Part shown: positions 55,499-63,961 of the stretch, piece by piece
Layout of the letters: every line of letters begins with the position of its first letter
Position numbering within the stretch: position 1 is the first letter of the stretch
Virus record (IMG/VR): IMGVR_UViG_3300012973_001074
Coordinates: 1 to 64,000 of that record
Source of the DNA: a virus
Taxonomy: Duplodnaviria > Caudoviricetes
Reading direction: 5' to 3' (one strand)
DNA length: 64,000 nucleotides
The notes under the pieces: generated by a model
What the model was told of the DNA's origin: nothing
The model's database searches: none
Seen by the model: the letters and a program-made list of their open reading frames with translations, nothing else
Translations under genes and position numbers: made by a program

Positions 55499-57447
55499 CC
55501 GCCGCGTTTCCTCTGCAGCTTGACCTTGTGGCCGTTGGCCGCGTCGTAGACCGTGAGGTTCGGCGCGGCCGCGTGAATTTTGTCGCGGGCCTTTTCGATC
55601 TTCGCGTACGTGCCGCGGATGACGTGCTCGGGCACGTAGCGCCCTGAGCCCTCGGCGCGCGAGGCGGCGCGCCGGACGCCCTCGTCCGGGTTCAGGTCAG
55701 GGTGGTGCACGTGGACGTCGTAGCCCTTCGCTTCGAGGTGGTTCATCAGCGCGATGAACTTGTCGGCGTTGCCGCCCGTGCCGTCGATGATCACGTGGTG
55801 CCCGCGGTCGACGGCGCGGTCCCGGATCTGCTTGGCGACGGCGCTCGACTCCTCGTGCACCTGCGCGGCCGCGCCTCGGAACGTCGGGCCGGCGCTCGGG
55901 TCCTTCGGAACGCTCGCCTTGTACTCGGGGAGCTGGGACTTCACTTCGTCCGGATCGACGTGGACGAAGCGCGACGTGTCGAGACCGTGTTTCGCGAGCT
56001 TGCCGAGCACGACGCCTTTGCCGCTCGCCGGTCCGCCCATCGTGAGGATCGCGATGGGCTTCTCGCCGAGCTCGCCGGCGGTCTTCTTGCCATCGAAGGC
56101 GGGCGCGATGAGCTCGCGTTCGTGAAAGGCGGCGCGCTCGGGCGAGGGCTTGCCGCCTTCGTCCGGGTGCTTGTCGTAGTGGTCCTTCCAGGTCTCGTTG
56201 CTCTTGCCCATCAGCTGGCCGGACCACGAGCCGTCGGGGTTCTCGGTGCCGACCCAGGTGCGACCGGGCTTGAGCGGTTCGTCCTTCGCCGGGGCGGGCT
56301 GCTTCTGCGCGCTCGGCGGGACCTTGTCGTGCGTGCTCGAGAAGTCCCCCGCGGGCCCGCCGCTGCCGCCTCTACCACCGACCTTGTGCAGGCCCGGGCC
56401 GGGCGGTCCCTCGCGGTCGCTGCCGCCGCTGCCGGAGCCGATGCTCGTCCAGCGTCCCTCCTCGTCGCGCGGAACGCCTTCCCACTCGTCCGCGTCCGTG
56501 CGCTCTTCACCCGCTTCGAGACCGAATTGCGCGGCGAGCTGCCTCCACGCCCATTCGAGCTGCTTGTCGGTGAGCTTCGGGTTCTCGCGCTTCGCCTCGG
56601 CGAGCCACTGACCCTTGTACTTGCGTGGGTTCGCTGCGAGCTCGTCGAGGAACTCGTCGCGCGCACGCTTTTCCGTGTCGCTCACGCCCGGCTTCGCATC
56701 GGTGCGCGTCTTTTCGAGGCGCATCGTGACGTAGTCGGGGTGATCGAACCGGTCGTAGTCCCAGTCGGTCGCCGCGTACTCAGAGTTGAACGCATCGCGC
56801 GTCGCCTCCTTGAAGCCGACCTTCTCGTAGAGCTTGTTGAGGGTCGGCCCGTAGCACTCGACGTAGTTGACGCCGTAGTTGTCGACGACGTGACGAAGGA
56901 GCTCGACGCCGATGCCCTTCTGGCCACCCTGGTTGAAGAGCGCTGTCGCCTCGATGCGCCCGTCACCGTGGTCTTTGACCGCGACGCCGGCCTTGCCGTC
57001 GGGGCTCATGACGCAGCTCATCTTCCCCAGGTCTTCGACCCCATAGTGCGAGACGTGATGCTTGAACGGGGAGTCCTTGAACGCAGAGTCGAAGGCCGCC
57101 TTGAACTTGTCGGCCTTCTCGCGCACGGGCGAGACCGCGGCGCGCGCGCCCTCGGCGCTCTTCCAGTCGCCCGAGCTCGAGCCGCCGCCCTTGCCGCCGG
57201 GACGGTGCACACCGATGCCCGCGTCGGTCCCCGCTGAGGTGTCGCCGCCGCTGCTCGTCCAGAGGCCCTTCTCGTCGCGCGGGACCTCCTCCCAGCCTTC
57301 GGCGTCCGTGCGTTTCTGCTGCTTGTCGCGAGAGCCGGTGAGCCCTTCCTGCTCCTTCCTGGCCGCCGCGCCGGGCTCGGGCTCGTCGCCGTCGAAGACG
57401 AAGCCGCCGAGCTCGGACGAGATGAACCGGTCCGCGCGCGTCGTCAT
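55495..57447 (-). CDS. Polyvalent protein: GNAT-like acetyltransferase, small helical domain, zeta-toxin-like P-loop kinase
   Basis: KGIGVELL...LNKLYEKVGF (GNAT); GGPASGKG, VDPDEVK, VHEESS, IIDGTG, RA...GRYVP (zeta). Confidence 0.85.
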   Translation of the reverse strand: MTTRADRFISSELGGFVFDGDEPEPGAAARKEQEGLTGSRDKQQKRTDAEGWEEVPRDEKGLWTSSGGDTSAGTDAGIGVHRPGGKGGGSSSGDWKSAEGARAAVSPVREKADKFKAAFDSAFKDSPFKHHVSHYGVEDLGKMSCVMSPDGKAGVAVKDHGDGRIEATALFNQGGQKGIGVELLRHVVDNYGVNYVECYGPTLNKLYEKVGFKEATRDAFNSEYAATDWDYDRFDHPDYVTMRLEKTRTDAKPGVSDTEKRARDEFLDELAANPRKYKGQWLAEAKRENPKLTDKQLEWAWRQLAAQFGLEAGEERTDADEWEGVPRDEEGRWTSIGSGSGGSDREGPPGPGLHKVGGRGGSGGPAGDFSSTHDKVPPSAQKQPAPAKDEPLKPGRTWVGTENPDGSWSGQLMGKSNETWKDHYDKHPDEGGKPSPERAAFHERELIAPAFDGKKTAGELGEKPIAILTMGGPASGKGVVLGKLAKHGLDTSRFVHVDPDEVKSQLPEYKASVPKDPSAGPTFRGAAAQVHEESSAVAKQIRDRAVDRGHHVIIDGTGGNADKFIALMNHLEAKGYDVHVHHPDLNPDEGVRRAASRAEGSGRYVPEHVIRGTYAKIEKARDKIHAAAPNLTVYDAANGHKVKLQRKRGG

Positions 57448-60365
57448 TGGACCTCCTCGGCATCGATGAGAAGACGCGGCGGGCGACCGATCTCGAGGTC
57501 GACCTGCGCGTAGCTTTCGCGCTTCACCGACCTGATCCGGAACCGTGTTCCCTTCGGGAGGAGGACCTCGGCTTCGTTCTGGTACTCGGACGCGCCGGAG
57601 ACCGTGACGCCGCTCTTGTGCTGCACGCGAATCACGGCATCGAATCCGTGGGGCAGGACCGCTGCGGTGGCGCCGCGATCGAGGTCCTCCTTTTCGAGGC
57701 TCGCGAACTGGGTCGCGACGTCTCGGTGATCGGAGAAGCTCGTCATCGAGTCGAGCGTGAACGTCTGCGAGTTGAGCATCTTCTCGACGACGCGCGGCGG
57801 GACCTGCTTGAGACCGCGGTAGACGGTCCCTGGCGTTGGGGGCACGTCGCGGAAGATGCCGTTCAGGTGCTCGATCGCCTGCTGCGCGCGCTCGGTGTGG
57901 TCCGCCGCGGACGAGGCCCCGTGCAGGAACTGCTTAGCGAGCTCCTCGGGCGTGCGGACGTGCTGGTCGCCATAGCGATCGGGCTGGGAGCGATACAGCG
58001 TCCCGGCTTCGTTCAGCGTGTAGCCGGACTCGGCGATCCGCTGGTCGAGATGCGCCTGCGTCGCGCGCGTGACCTCTTCGGGATCCGCTCCCGATTCGAG
58101 CTTGCGGATCGAAGTGTCGTAGCCCTTCGTGTACTGCGAGAGCGCATCGTAGTGCTCATCGCGGAGCTTGCTCGCGACGGCCTCCGCAGCGTCGAGGTGA
58201 GCGCGCTCGTTGAACGTGTTGCGCGTGTCTTCCTCGGTTGCGGCCTGCGAGCGGATGACGCGCGCGAGGGCCGCTCTCTCGCTCGCTCGCTCTGCAATCG
58301 GAGGCGGCTCGCCATTCTTGAAGAGGTGCTCTTCGTCGAAGTCTGCGAGCGCCTTCGCCTGCTCGCGCGACAGGCCGCGTGACTCGAGGCGATCGATTCG
58401 CTCGGCGACGTCGCCTGATACGCCCTCGCTCTCGACGATGCTGCTGATGCGCGCGCTCTTGTCGCCAGACCGAGGCTCAGAGCTCGAGTCACCGTCCTTC
58501 GGCGTGAACCGGCCCCCATCGGGCTCGCCAGCCGGCACGCGTTCGACGTTCGCCTCGTCCCAGTCGTCGGTGCGGACCGCGTCGTCGAGGAAGCGGATCT
58601 CGGTCTTGCCGCCGTGTCCGTGGATCTCGCGGACCTCGTCGAGCGAGTCGAAGAGCGTCGTCGAGCGGTGCTTCGTGAGCCAGCGCATGGCGACGGTGCC
58701 GTCCTCGAAGACGGCTCCGTGAGCGACGACGCCGGTACCGGAGACGCCGGTCTCGTCCTCGATGCGGTAGAGCTCGAAGAGGCGCGGACCGCTCGTCGCG
58801 TCCGTGCGCACGCGCGCGCGCTCGTAGTCGTCTTGGGTCGGCTTCGGCTTCTGCGCGACGCCGGGCGGAAGCTGCGGGGGACCTCCCTGCTGGGGGCCTC
58901 CCTGCTGCGGGGGACCTCCCTGCGGGGGCGGACCTCCCATGCCCGGAGGGGCGCCCGGTCCGCCCATCTCCGTCGGGTCGGGCGGGTTCTCCATTTGCTC
59001 GAGGTCGGCCTCGAGCACGGCCTGGCGCGCCTTGATGGCGTCGTCGGAGAGCCGGACCTCGTCCTCGAAGCCGCCGGCGATGCCGAAGCGCGCGATGGCG
59101 ACCTCCTCGGGCAGCAGGACCTGGGCCTGGATGTACGTCGAGTCCCGCTGCGCGATCGCGCTCTGGCGCTGCGCCTGCACGAGCGGTGTCTCGGTCCAGA
59201 GCGGGGTGAACTTGACCGTGAGCGACTTTGGCCGCGTGCGCGTCGGCGACGCCTTCGACTGCAGCCAGATGACGAGCAGGCGCCGGATCTTCGGCGCGAG
59301 CATCGTCGTCTGCTCGGCGCGGATGCGGTCGTAGAACCAGCGGAAGTCGCTCTCGCCCGTGGCGTTCATGCCGGCGGGCGACTGGCCCATCAGGATGGTG
59401 ACGGGGATCTGCACCGCCGCGGCGAGGCGGAGCATGAACTTTTCGAGCGTCGCGGGGATCTCGCTGAACGAGACGGAGTGCCGCGTGAACTCCTCCTTCG
59501 CGTCAGCATCGACGACGATGGCGCGCATCACCGAGCGGTAGAGCTCGATGATCTGCAGGCGCGCCTGGAGCTTCGCCTGCTCGTTGGCGCCGATCATCTC
59601 GGCGAGACCGGTCATCTTGAAGATGGCCTGGTTGCCGTCGGTGAGCAGCGTCTCGACGGCCGCCCATCCGGTGTTGAACGAGCGCAGCACGTTGTACGCG
59701 CGCTGCAGGACGGACATGTCCCAGCCGAAGAGCTGCTGCCGCTCGCGGATGCCCGTCGATGCTCCGCGGAAGAGGATGAGCCGCGACTCGTGGACAAGCA
59801 TCGTCGGCGACGACTTGGCCCCGGCCGCGGTGACGGCGTACGTCTTGGGCGTGCCGAACTTCGGGCCCGGTTCCTCGTAGAAGTCGACGGGCCAGAGAAG
59901 TCGGCGATCGAGCGGGTAGAGCCACTCTACGTCGTTCGCGCGCGCGGGCTTGAGCGGCTTCCAGGCCTCCTGGCCGTCGTCGGCACCGATGAGGACGGCG
60001 CCGCCGCCGTAGCAGCGGCCCCACTTGGACCCTTCTTGGAAGTTGCCGCGGACGTCGAGCGCGTCGAACTTCTCCTGGATGACCTCGTCGAGCTTCGGGT
60101 CGCCGGTCTCGATCGAGAACGGCTCGCGAAGCATCTCCTGCGGGACGACGTCGACCATGCGCGCCGCCATGTCGTCTGCGTGATAGAGCGCGGAGAGCTC
60201 GACATCCTCGAGCATCCGGTTCGGTAGGACGTAGCCGTAGGTCGTCTTGTCGCGCGCGGTGCCGAAGCCGGTGACCTCGTTGATCCACGCGTCGAAGCGC
60301 GACGTAGCGCGTGCGCGGAAGGCGCCGAGCGCCTCGCGCATCTTGATCGACGCGGAGTTCAGCAT
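57444..60365 (-). CDS. Portal protein (DUF1073-like) fused to a small domain and a C-terminal ADP-ribosyltransferase
   Basis: Portal: AARMVD...WGRCYGGG...VHESRLI...IPVTILMGQSPAGMNATGESD; ART: VYRG, TSFS, QNEAEVLLPKGTRFRI. Confidence 0.9.
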   Translation of the reverse strand: MLNSASIKMREALGAFRARATSRFDAWINEVTGFGTARDKTTYGYVLPNRMLEDVELSALYHADDMAARMVDVVPQEMLREPFSIETGDPKLDEVIQEKFDALDVRGNFQEGSKWGRCYGGGAVLIGADDGQEAWKPLKPARANDVEWLYPLDRRLLWPVDFYEEPGPKFGTPKTYAVTAAGAKSSPTMLVHESRLILFRGASTGIRERQQLFGWDMSVLQRAYNVLRSFNTGWAAVETLLTDGNQAIFKMTGLAEMIGANEQAKLQARLQIIELYRSVMRAIVVDADAKEEFTRHSVSFSEIPATLEKFMLRLAAAVQIPVTILMGQSPAGMNATGESDFRWFYDRIRAEQTTMLAPKIRRLLVIWLQSKASPTRTRPKSLTVKFTPLWTETPLVQAQRQSAIAQRDSTYIQAQVLLPEEVAIARFGIAGGFEDEVRLSDDAIKARQAVLEADLEQMENPPDPTEMGGPGAPPGMGGPPPQGGPPQQGGPQQGGPPQLPPGVAQKPKPTQDDYERARVRTDATSGPRLFELYRIEDETGVSGTGVVAHGAVFEDGTVAMRWLTKHRSTTLFDSLDEVREIHGHGGKTEIRFLDDAVRTDDWDEANVERVPAGEPDGGRFTPKDGDSSSEPRSGDKSARISSIVESEGVSGDVAERIDRLESRGLSREQAKALADFDEEHLFKNGEPPPIAERASERAALARVIRSQAATEEDTRNTFNERAHLDAAEAVASKLRDEHYDALSQYTKGYDTSIRKLESGADPEEVTRATQAHLDQRIAESGYTLNEAGTLYRSQPDRYGDQHVRTPEELAKQFLHGASSAADHTERAQQAIEHLNGIFRDVPPTPGTVYRGLKQVPPRVVEKMLNSQTFTLDSMTSFSDHRDVATQFASLEKEDLDRGATAAVLPHGFDAVIRVQHKSGVTVSGASEYQNEAEVLLPKGTRFRIRSVKRESYAQVDLEIGRPPRLLIDAEEVQ

Positions 60366-60442
60366 GCGAAGCCCTCGACGGGAGATGGAAGGGACCTGCG
60401 CACGCCCAAACTGGTAGGGAGGCGCGCGCGAAAGCCGCGGAA

Positions 60443-60754
60443 CTATTTCGGCGCGTTCAGCGGGCGGCGGCGCATCCGCTCGATGCGTCGCCGCGTCTGT
60501 TCGAGTCCCCGCGAGATAGCCCTCCGCCGATCGTCAGGGCTGAGAACGCGAAAGGAGGCAGCACCGGTCGGCGGAGGAGTCTCAGAGATGCGCCGCGTCG
60601 GCGGTGGCTCGTCGTCGTCGCGGCAGCCGACGAGAGCGCGGAAGCCTGGGGTGCACGGGTCGCGCGCGTCGCACGAGAGCGCGAAGCCTGCGCCGCTTTC
60701 CGGCCCGCACGTGCAGTCCTCGCCCATGTCGCAAGTGAGCGCGTGGACCTTCAC
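60443..60754 (-). CDS. hypothetical protein
   Basis: GTGA overlap with the terminase stop. Confidence 0.45.
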   Translation of the reverse strand: MKVHALTCDMGEDCTCGPESGAGFALSCDARDPCTPGFRALVGCRDDDEPPPTRRISETPPPTGAASFRVLSPDDRRRAISRGLEQTRRRIERMRRRPLNAPK

Positions 60755-62139
60755 GTGCCGGTCCTCTTGCCCAGCGCTTCGACCATCGGGTTGACCGTCG
60801 AGCAGGCATGCAGCGCCAGGGCGAGGGCCCAGGCTCGGTCGCCGTGCCCTTCGCTCGTGCGCGGCGTCTCGTACTTGACGTTGCCTGCGCTCGTAATGAC
60901 GCGCTTGATCGACGCGAGCTCCTTGCGGAGAAGCTCGGCGGTCTTCGGCTCGGCGAACGGAAGGACCTTGTCCTCGGCGGGGAGCCGGACGTTCTTCGCC
61001 GCGGTCGCCGCGTACAGGCCCGTCGCGAGCTCCTCTTTCATGTTCGGAGTGAAGTCGACGAGCTCGACGCGCGGGCGACGGTGCGGGACGTCGATCCTCT
61101 CCGAGTGCTTCCTCTTGATGCGTTCGGCCGGGAAGTAGCCGAGGCCCGTAGAGTCGATGCAGAGGCGCTTGAGGTGGTACTTCTCGAAGGCGCGCGAGAC
61201 CATGGCCTCGAGCCCCTCGGAGTCGGTCCGCTTCATCGTCTCGACGTGGACGACGTAGCGGACGCCTCTCACGAGACGGACGACGAGCAGGACGGACAGG
61301 TCGACCTCGCGGCCGATGTCGAGGCCTGCGTAGTAGTCGCCGTACGCGAGGCCCGGAACGTCGTAGCTGACGCTGCAGGCCTTGATCTGGTCGGTCGGGA
61401 TGTACTGCAGCTCGTTGTCGAGGAACGAGCAGCGGAACATCTGCGCGAACAGGCGCGGGTCGCCCTTCGCCAGCTTCCAGCACTTGCGGAGATCGACTGG
61501 GTAGCCCTGCGAGATCGCGAGCTCGATCGGAATCGAGTGCGGGGCCCATCCGCTGTTCGGCTCGAGGGCCTTTTCCCAGAGGACATGGAAGTCGTTCCCG
61601 ATGCCGTTCGGCGTCGAGACGACCCGCATCTTGTAGCCGAGGAGCGTGACGGGCGCGGCCGCGTCCCAGACCTTGGCGGCGTGCTCCTGGTAGGCGAACT
61701 CGTCGAGGAAGACGTTGCCGGTGAAGCCGCGGCCACCGGAGGAGGGGAGCGCGAGGATCCTTCCGCCGCTCGCGAAGGTCAGCTCGTTCGAGTTGTCCTT
61801 GCGCCCGAAGCGCGCCATCTCGGAGCCCAGGGCCTGCAGCACCTGCGCGTGCTTGCGCGCCTTGTCGAGGACCTCGACGGCCTCGCGGTCGCCGACGGAG
61901 ATGACCGTGGTGAGCTCGCCGTGGAAGGCGCCCCAGAGAACGCCGACGGCGCTCGTCGTGTGCGAGGTGCCGATCTGGCGAGACTTGTTCGCGATCGCCG
62001 CGTCGTTCTGCTCGAACAGCCAGTCGCGCTGGAACGGGTAGAAGCTGCCGGCCCAGGCGGCGAGCGCCGAGAACTCACTCTCGGGGAGCGCTTGCTGGTA
62101 CTTCGCCAGCGCCTGCGCCGCTTGACTCGGAAGCCTCAT
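60751..62139 (-). CDS. terL: Terminase large subunit (Mu gp28-like)
   Basis: NKSRQIGTS Walker A, VFLDEFA Walker B, STPNG, GLDIG, IDSTGLG, HGDRAWALAL. Confidence 0.95.
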   Translation of the reverse strand: MRLPSQAAQALAKYQQALPESEFSALAAWAGSFYPFQRDWLFEQNDAAIANKSRQIGTSHTTSAVGVLWGAFHGELTTVISVGDREAVEVLDKARKHAQVLQALGSEMARFGRKDNSNELTFASGGRILALPSSGGRGFTGNVFLDEFAYQEHAAKVWDAAAPVTLLGYKMRVVSTPNGIGNDFHVLWEKALEPNSGWAPHSIPIELAISQGYPVDLRKCWKLAKGDPRLFAQMFRCSFLDNELQYIPTDQIKACSVSYDVPGLAYGDYYAGLDIGREVDLSVLLVVRLVRGVRYVVHVETMKRTDSEGLEAMVSRAFEKYHLKRLCIDSTGLGYFPAERIKRKHSERIDVPHRRPRVELVDFTPNMKEELATGLYAATAAKNVRLPAEDKVLPFAEPKTAELLRKELASIKRVITSAGNVKYETPRTSEGHGDRAWALALALHACSTVNPMVEALGKRTGT

Positions 62140-62695
62140 CCGGTGGTCCCTGCTGCTCGGGCGGCGGCGGCGGCGGTTGCTCGAGCCACGCGGGATCGAT
62201 GGGCGCCGGCGGGACCGTGACCTCGCCGACGGCGGGGCCTCGCGCGCCGTGCTCGCCGAAGAGCTCCCGCACGAGGCGGGCGGCCTCGACGACCGTGGGC
62301 GCGTCGCCCATGAGCGGGCCGCCGTTTGCGCCGGTGAGCTGCTGCTGTTTCGGCGCGTCGAGCCCGAGGTACGCGGAGATCCGCGTCTGGATGGCGAGCA
62401 TCCGGTCGATGGCGGCGAGCTCGCCACGCTGAGCGCGCTGGTAGAGACCGCCGCGCAGGACCGCTTCGAGCCTCGCGACCTCGATCCAGCGCTGCTCGTC
62501 GACCGTCTCGTTCGCCTCCTGCCGGAGTCGCTCGACTGCCTTGCGGAACACCTTGAAGGGACCGGACGCGTTCGCGTAGCCGAGCTCCTTCGCGATCATC
62601 GACCACGTGAGCCCGGCGCGCCGGCGCTGGATGATCGACTCTTCGAGCTCGAGGTTCGCGACCTCGCCCGCGTCACGCTTCGACGTGTTGCCCAT
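62075..62695 (-). CDS. Putative terminase small subunit
   Basis: N-terminal HTH (GLTWSMIAKELGY), LGLDAP, LTGANGGP; directly upstream of terL. Confidence 0.75.
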   Translation of the reverse strand: MGNTSKRDAGEVANLELEESIIQRRRAGLTWSMIAKELGYANASGPFKVFRKAVERLRQEANETVDEQRWIEVARLEAVLRGGLYQRAQRGELAAIDRMLAIQTRISAYLGLDAPKQQQLTGANGGPLMGDAPTVVEAARLVRELFGEHGARGPAVGEVTVPPAPIDPAWLEQPPPPPPEQQGPPDEASESSGAGAGEVPASAPRE

Positions 62696-63329
62696 CGGTT
62701 CGCTCGCGGTGCGCGGCGCCGAGTCCTTCGAAGACTATCGCCGTATACGTCTGCTTGTTCGAGCCCTTGCCCGTGCTGCCGCCGCTCGCGTTCCAGGCCT
62801 GCAGCGGGTGGACGTTCGAACGCGCGAAGAACGAGCGGATCGCCATCGGCGTGATCGCGACGTCGGCCTTGCGCCCGACCTTCAGCGACCCGAGACCGGA
62901 CAGGCTCGCGAGCGCGTGGCTCGCGAAGCCCCAGCGCGTCTTGAGGTCCGACCACGTGAGGATGACCGCGCCGCGTTCGCCCGCTTGCCAGGTGCGGCGC
63001 ACGCTGAGGATCGTGAGCTGCTCCCACGGCTCGCCGAACGCGTCGAGGTCGAAGACGTTGTACGCCTGGAGATCGATCGCGCGCATGACCGTGCGGTTGT
63101 CGCCGACGAAGCGCCGCCGCGGATCGAACGGCTCGTAGACCTCGTCGCATCCGACGTACGAGGCAGCGCGCTTCCAGACGGCTCGCCACATCTCGCCGCT
63201 CGGGCCGCAGTACGCATCGAACACATGGGCCGGCTTCACGTGCTCGAGCACGCTCATGCGCATGCCGACCTTCGCCCTGAGCGCGAGAGCGCCGTTGTGC
63301 TCTCCCTTGATCCGATCCGCGCGGCTCAT
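62673..63329 (-). CDS. Methyltransferase-fold hypothetical protein
   Basis: VFDAYCG..GEMW and FDLDAFGEPW motifs. Confidence 0.55.
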   Translation of the reverse strand: MSRADRIKGEHNGALALRAKVGMRMSVLEHVKPAHVFDAYCGPSGEMWRAVWKRAASYVGCDEVYEPFDPRRRFVGDNRTVMRAIDLQAYNVFDLDAFGEPWEQLTILSVRRTWQAGERGAVILTWSDLKTRWGFASHALASLSGLGSLKVGRKADVAITPMAIRSFFARSNVHPLQAWNASGGSTGKGSNKQTYTAIVFEGLGAAHRERTDGQHVEA

Positions 63330-63961
63330 CCGGTACCGATCTGGACCTCGACGCCGTCGATGCCCGAGAGGTGCTCGCGGAGCGCGTCGAGCACGTCGGG
63401 CTGAGCGGGCAGGGGACCGCGCACGCTGATCCAGAACGTGACCCGTTCGAGCGCCTCGATGTCAACGGCGTGGACCTCGAGCTCGGAGGCCTCGACCTTC
63501 TCCGGTTCGAAGCCGGCGATCGCGCGGTCCTCGTCGTCGTAGCGCGCGAGGACCTCGTCGAGCCGCTTGCCGTCCCAGTCGGACAGCTCGTTCAAGCGGT
63601 TGTCGGCGAGCGCGTAGAGGTCGGCCTCCTCCTCGCTCGCGAAGTCGTGGAAGACGACGCGCACGAGCCCGGGGCCGGGTGCGCCCTTCGCCGTGAAGCC
63701 CGGTCCGTGCTGCTCGAGCAGCAGCCGGAAGGCGAGCAGGCGGGTGTCGCCGGCGACCATCCGCCCGGCCTTGCGCCAGACGACGATCGGATTGACGAAG
63801 CCGAAGCGCTCGATGCTCGCGGCGACGCGGGGGACGTTCGCCTCGTTGTCGCGCGGGTTCGACTCCCATCGCTTCAGCTCGGCGTGGGGGAGCCAGACGC
63901 TGTCGGAGTCCTGCACGGCCTTGGCCACGTTGGCGGTCTTGCCGCTCGGCGGGGCCACCAC
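63326..63961 (-). CDS. ParB/Srx-like domain protein (frame open to the window edge)
   Basis: NPRDN...VAASIERFGFVNPIVV...AGDTRL.A...LADNRLNELSDWD. Confidence 0.85.
   Translation of the reverse strand: MVAPPSGKTANVAKAVQDSDSVWLPHAELKRWESNPRDNEANVPRVAASIERFGFVNPIVVWRKAGRMVAGDTRLLAFRLLLEQHGPGFTAKGAPGPGLVRVVFHDFASEEEADLYALADNRLNELSDWDGKRLDEVLARYDDEDRAIAGFEPEKVEASELEVHAVDIEALERVTFWISVRGPLPAQPDVLDALREHLSGIDGVEVQIGTG

Noticed and set aside
58990-60365. DUF1073 as an anti-CBASS Acb1 nuclease
   Set aside because: Position and motifs are those of a portal; no paired HxT/S 2H-phosphodiesterase motifs are evident in the extensions.
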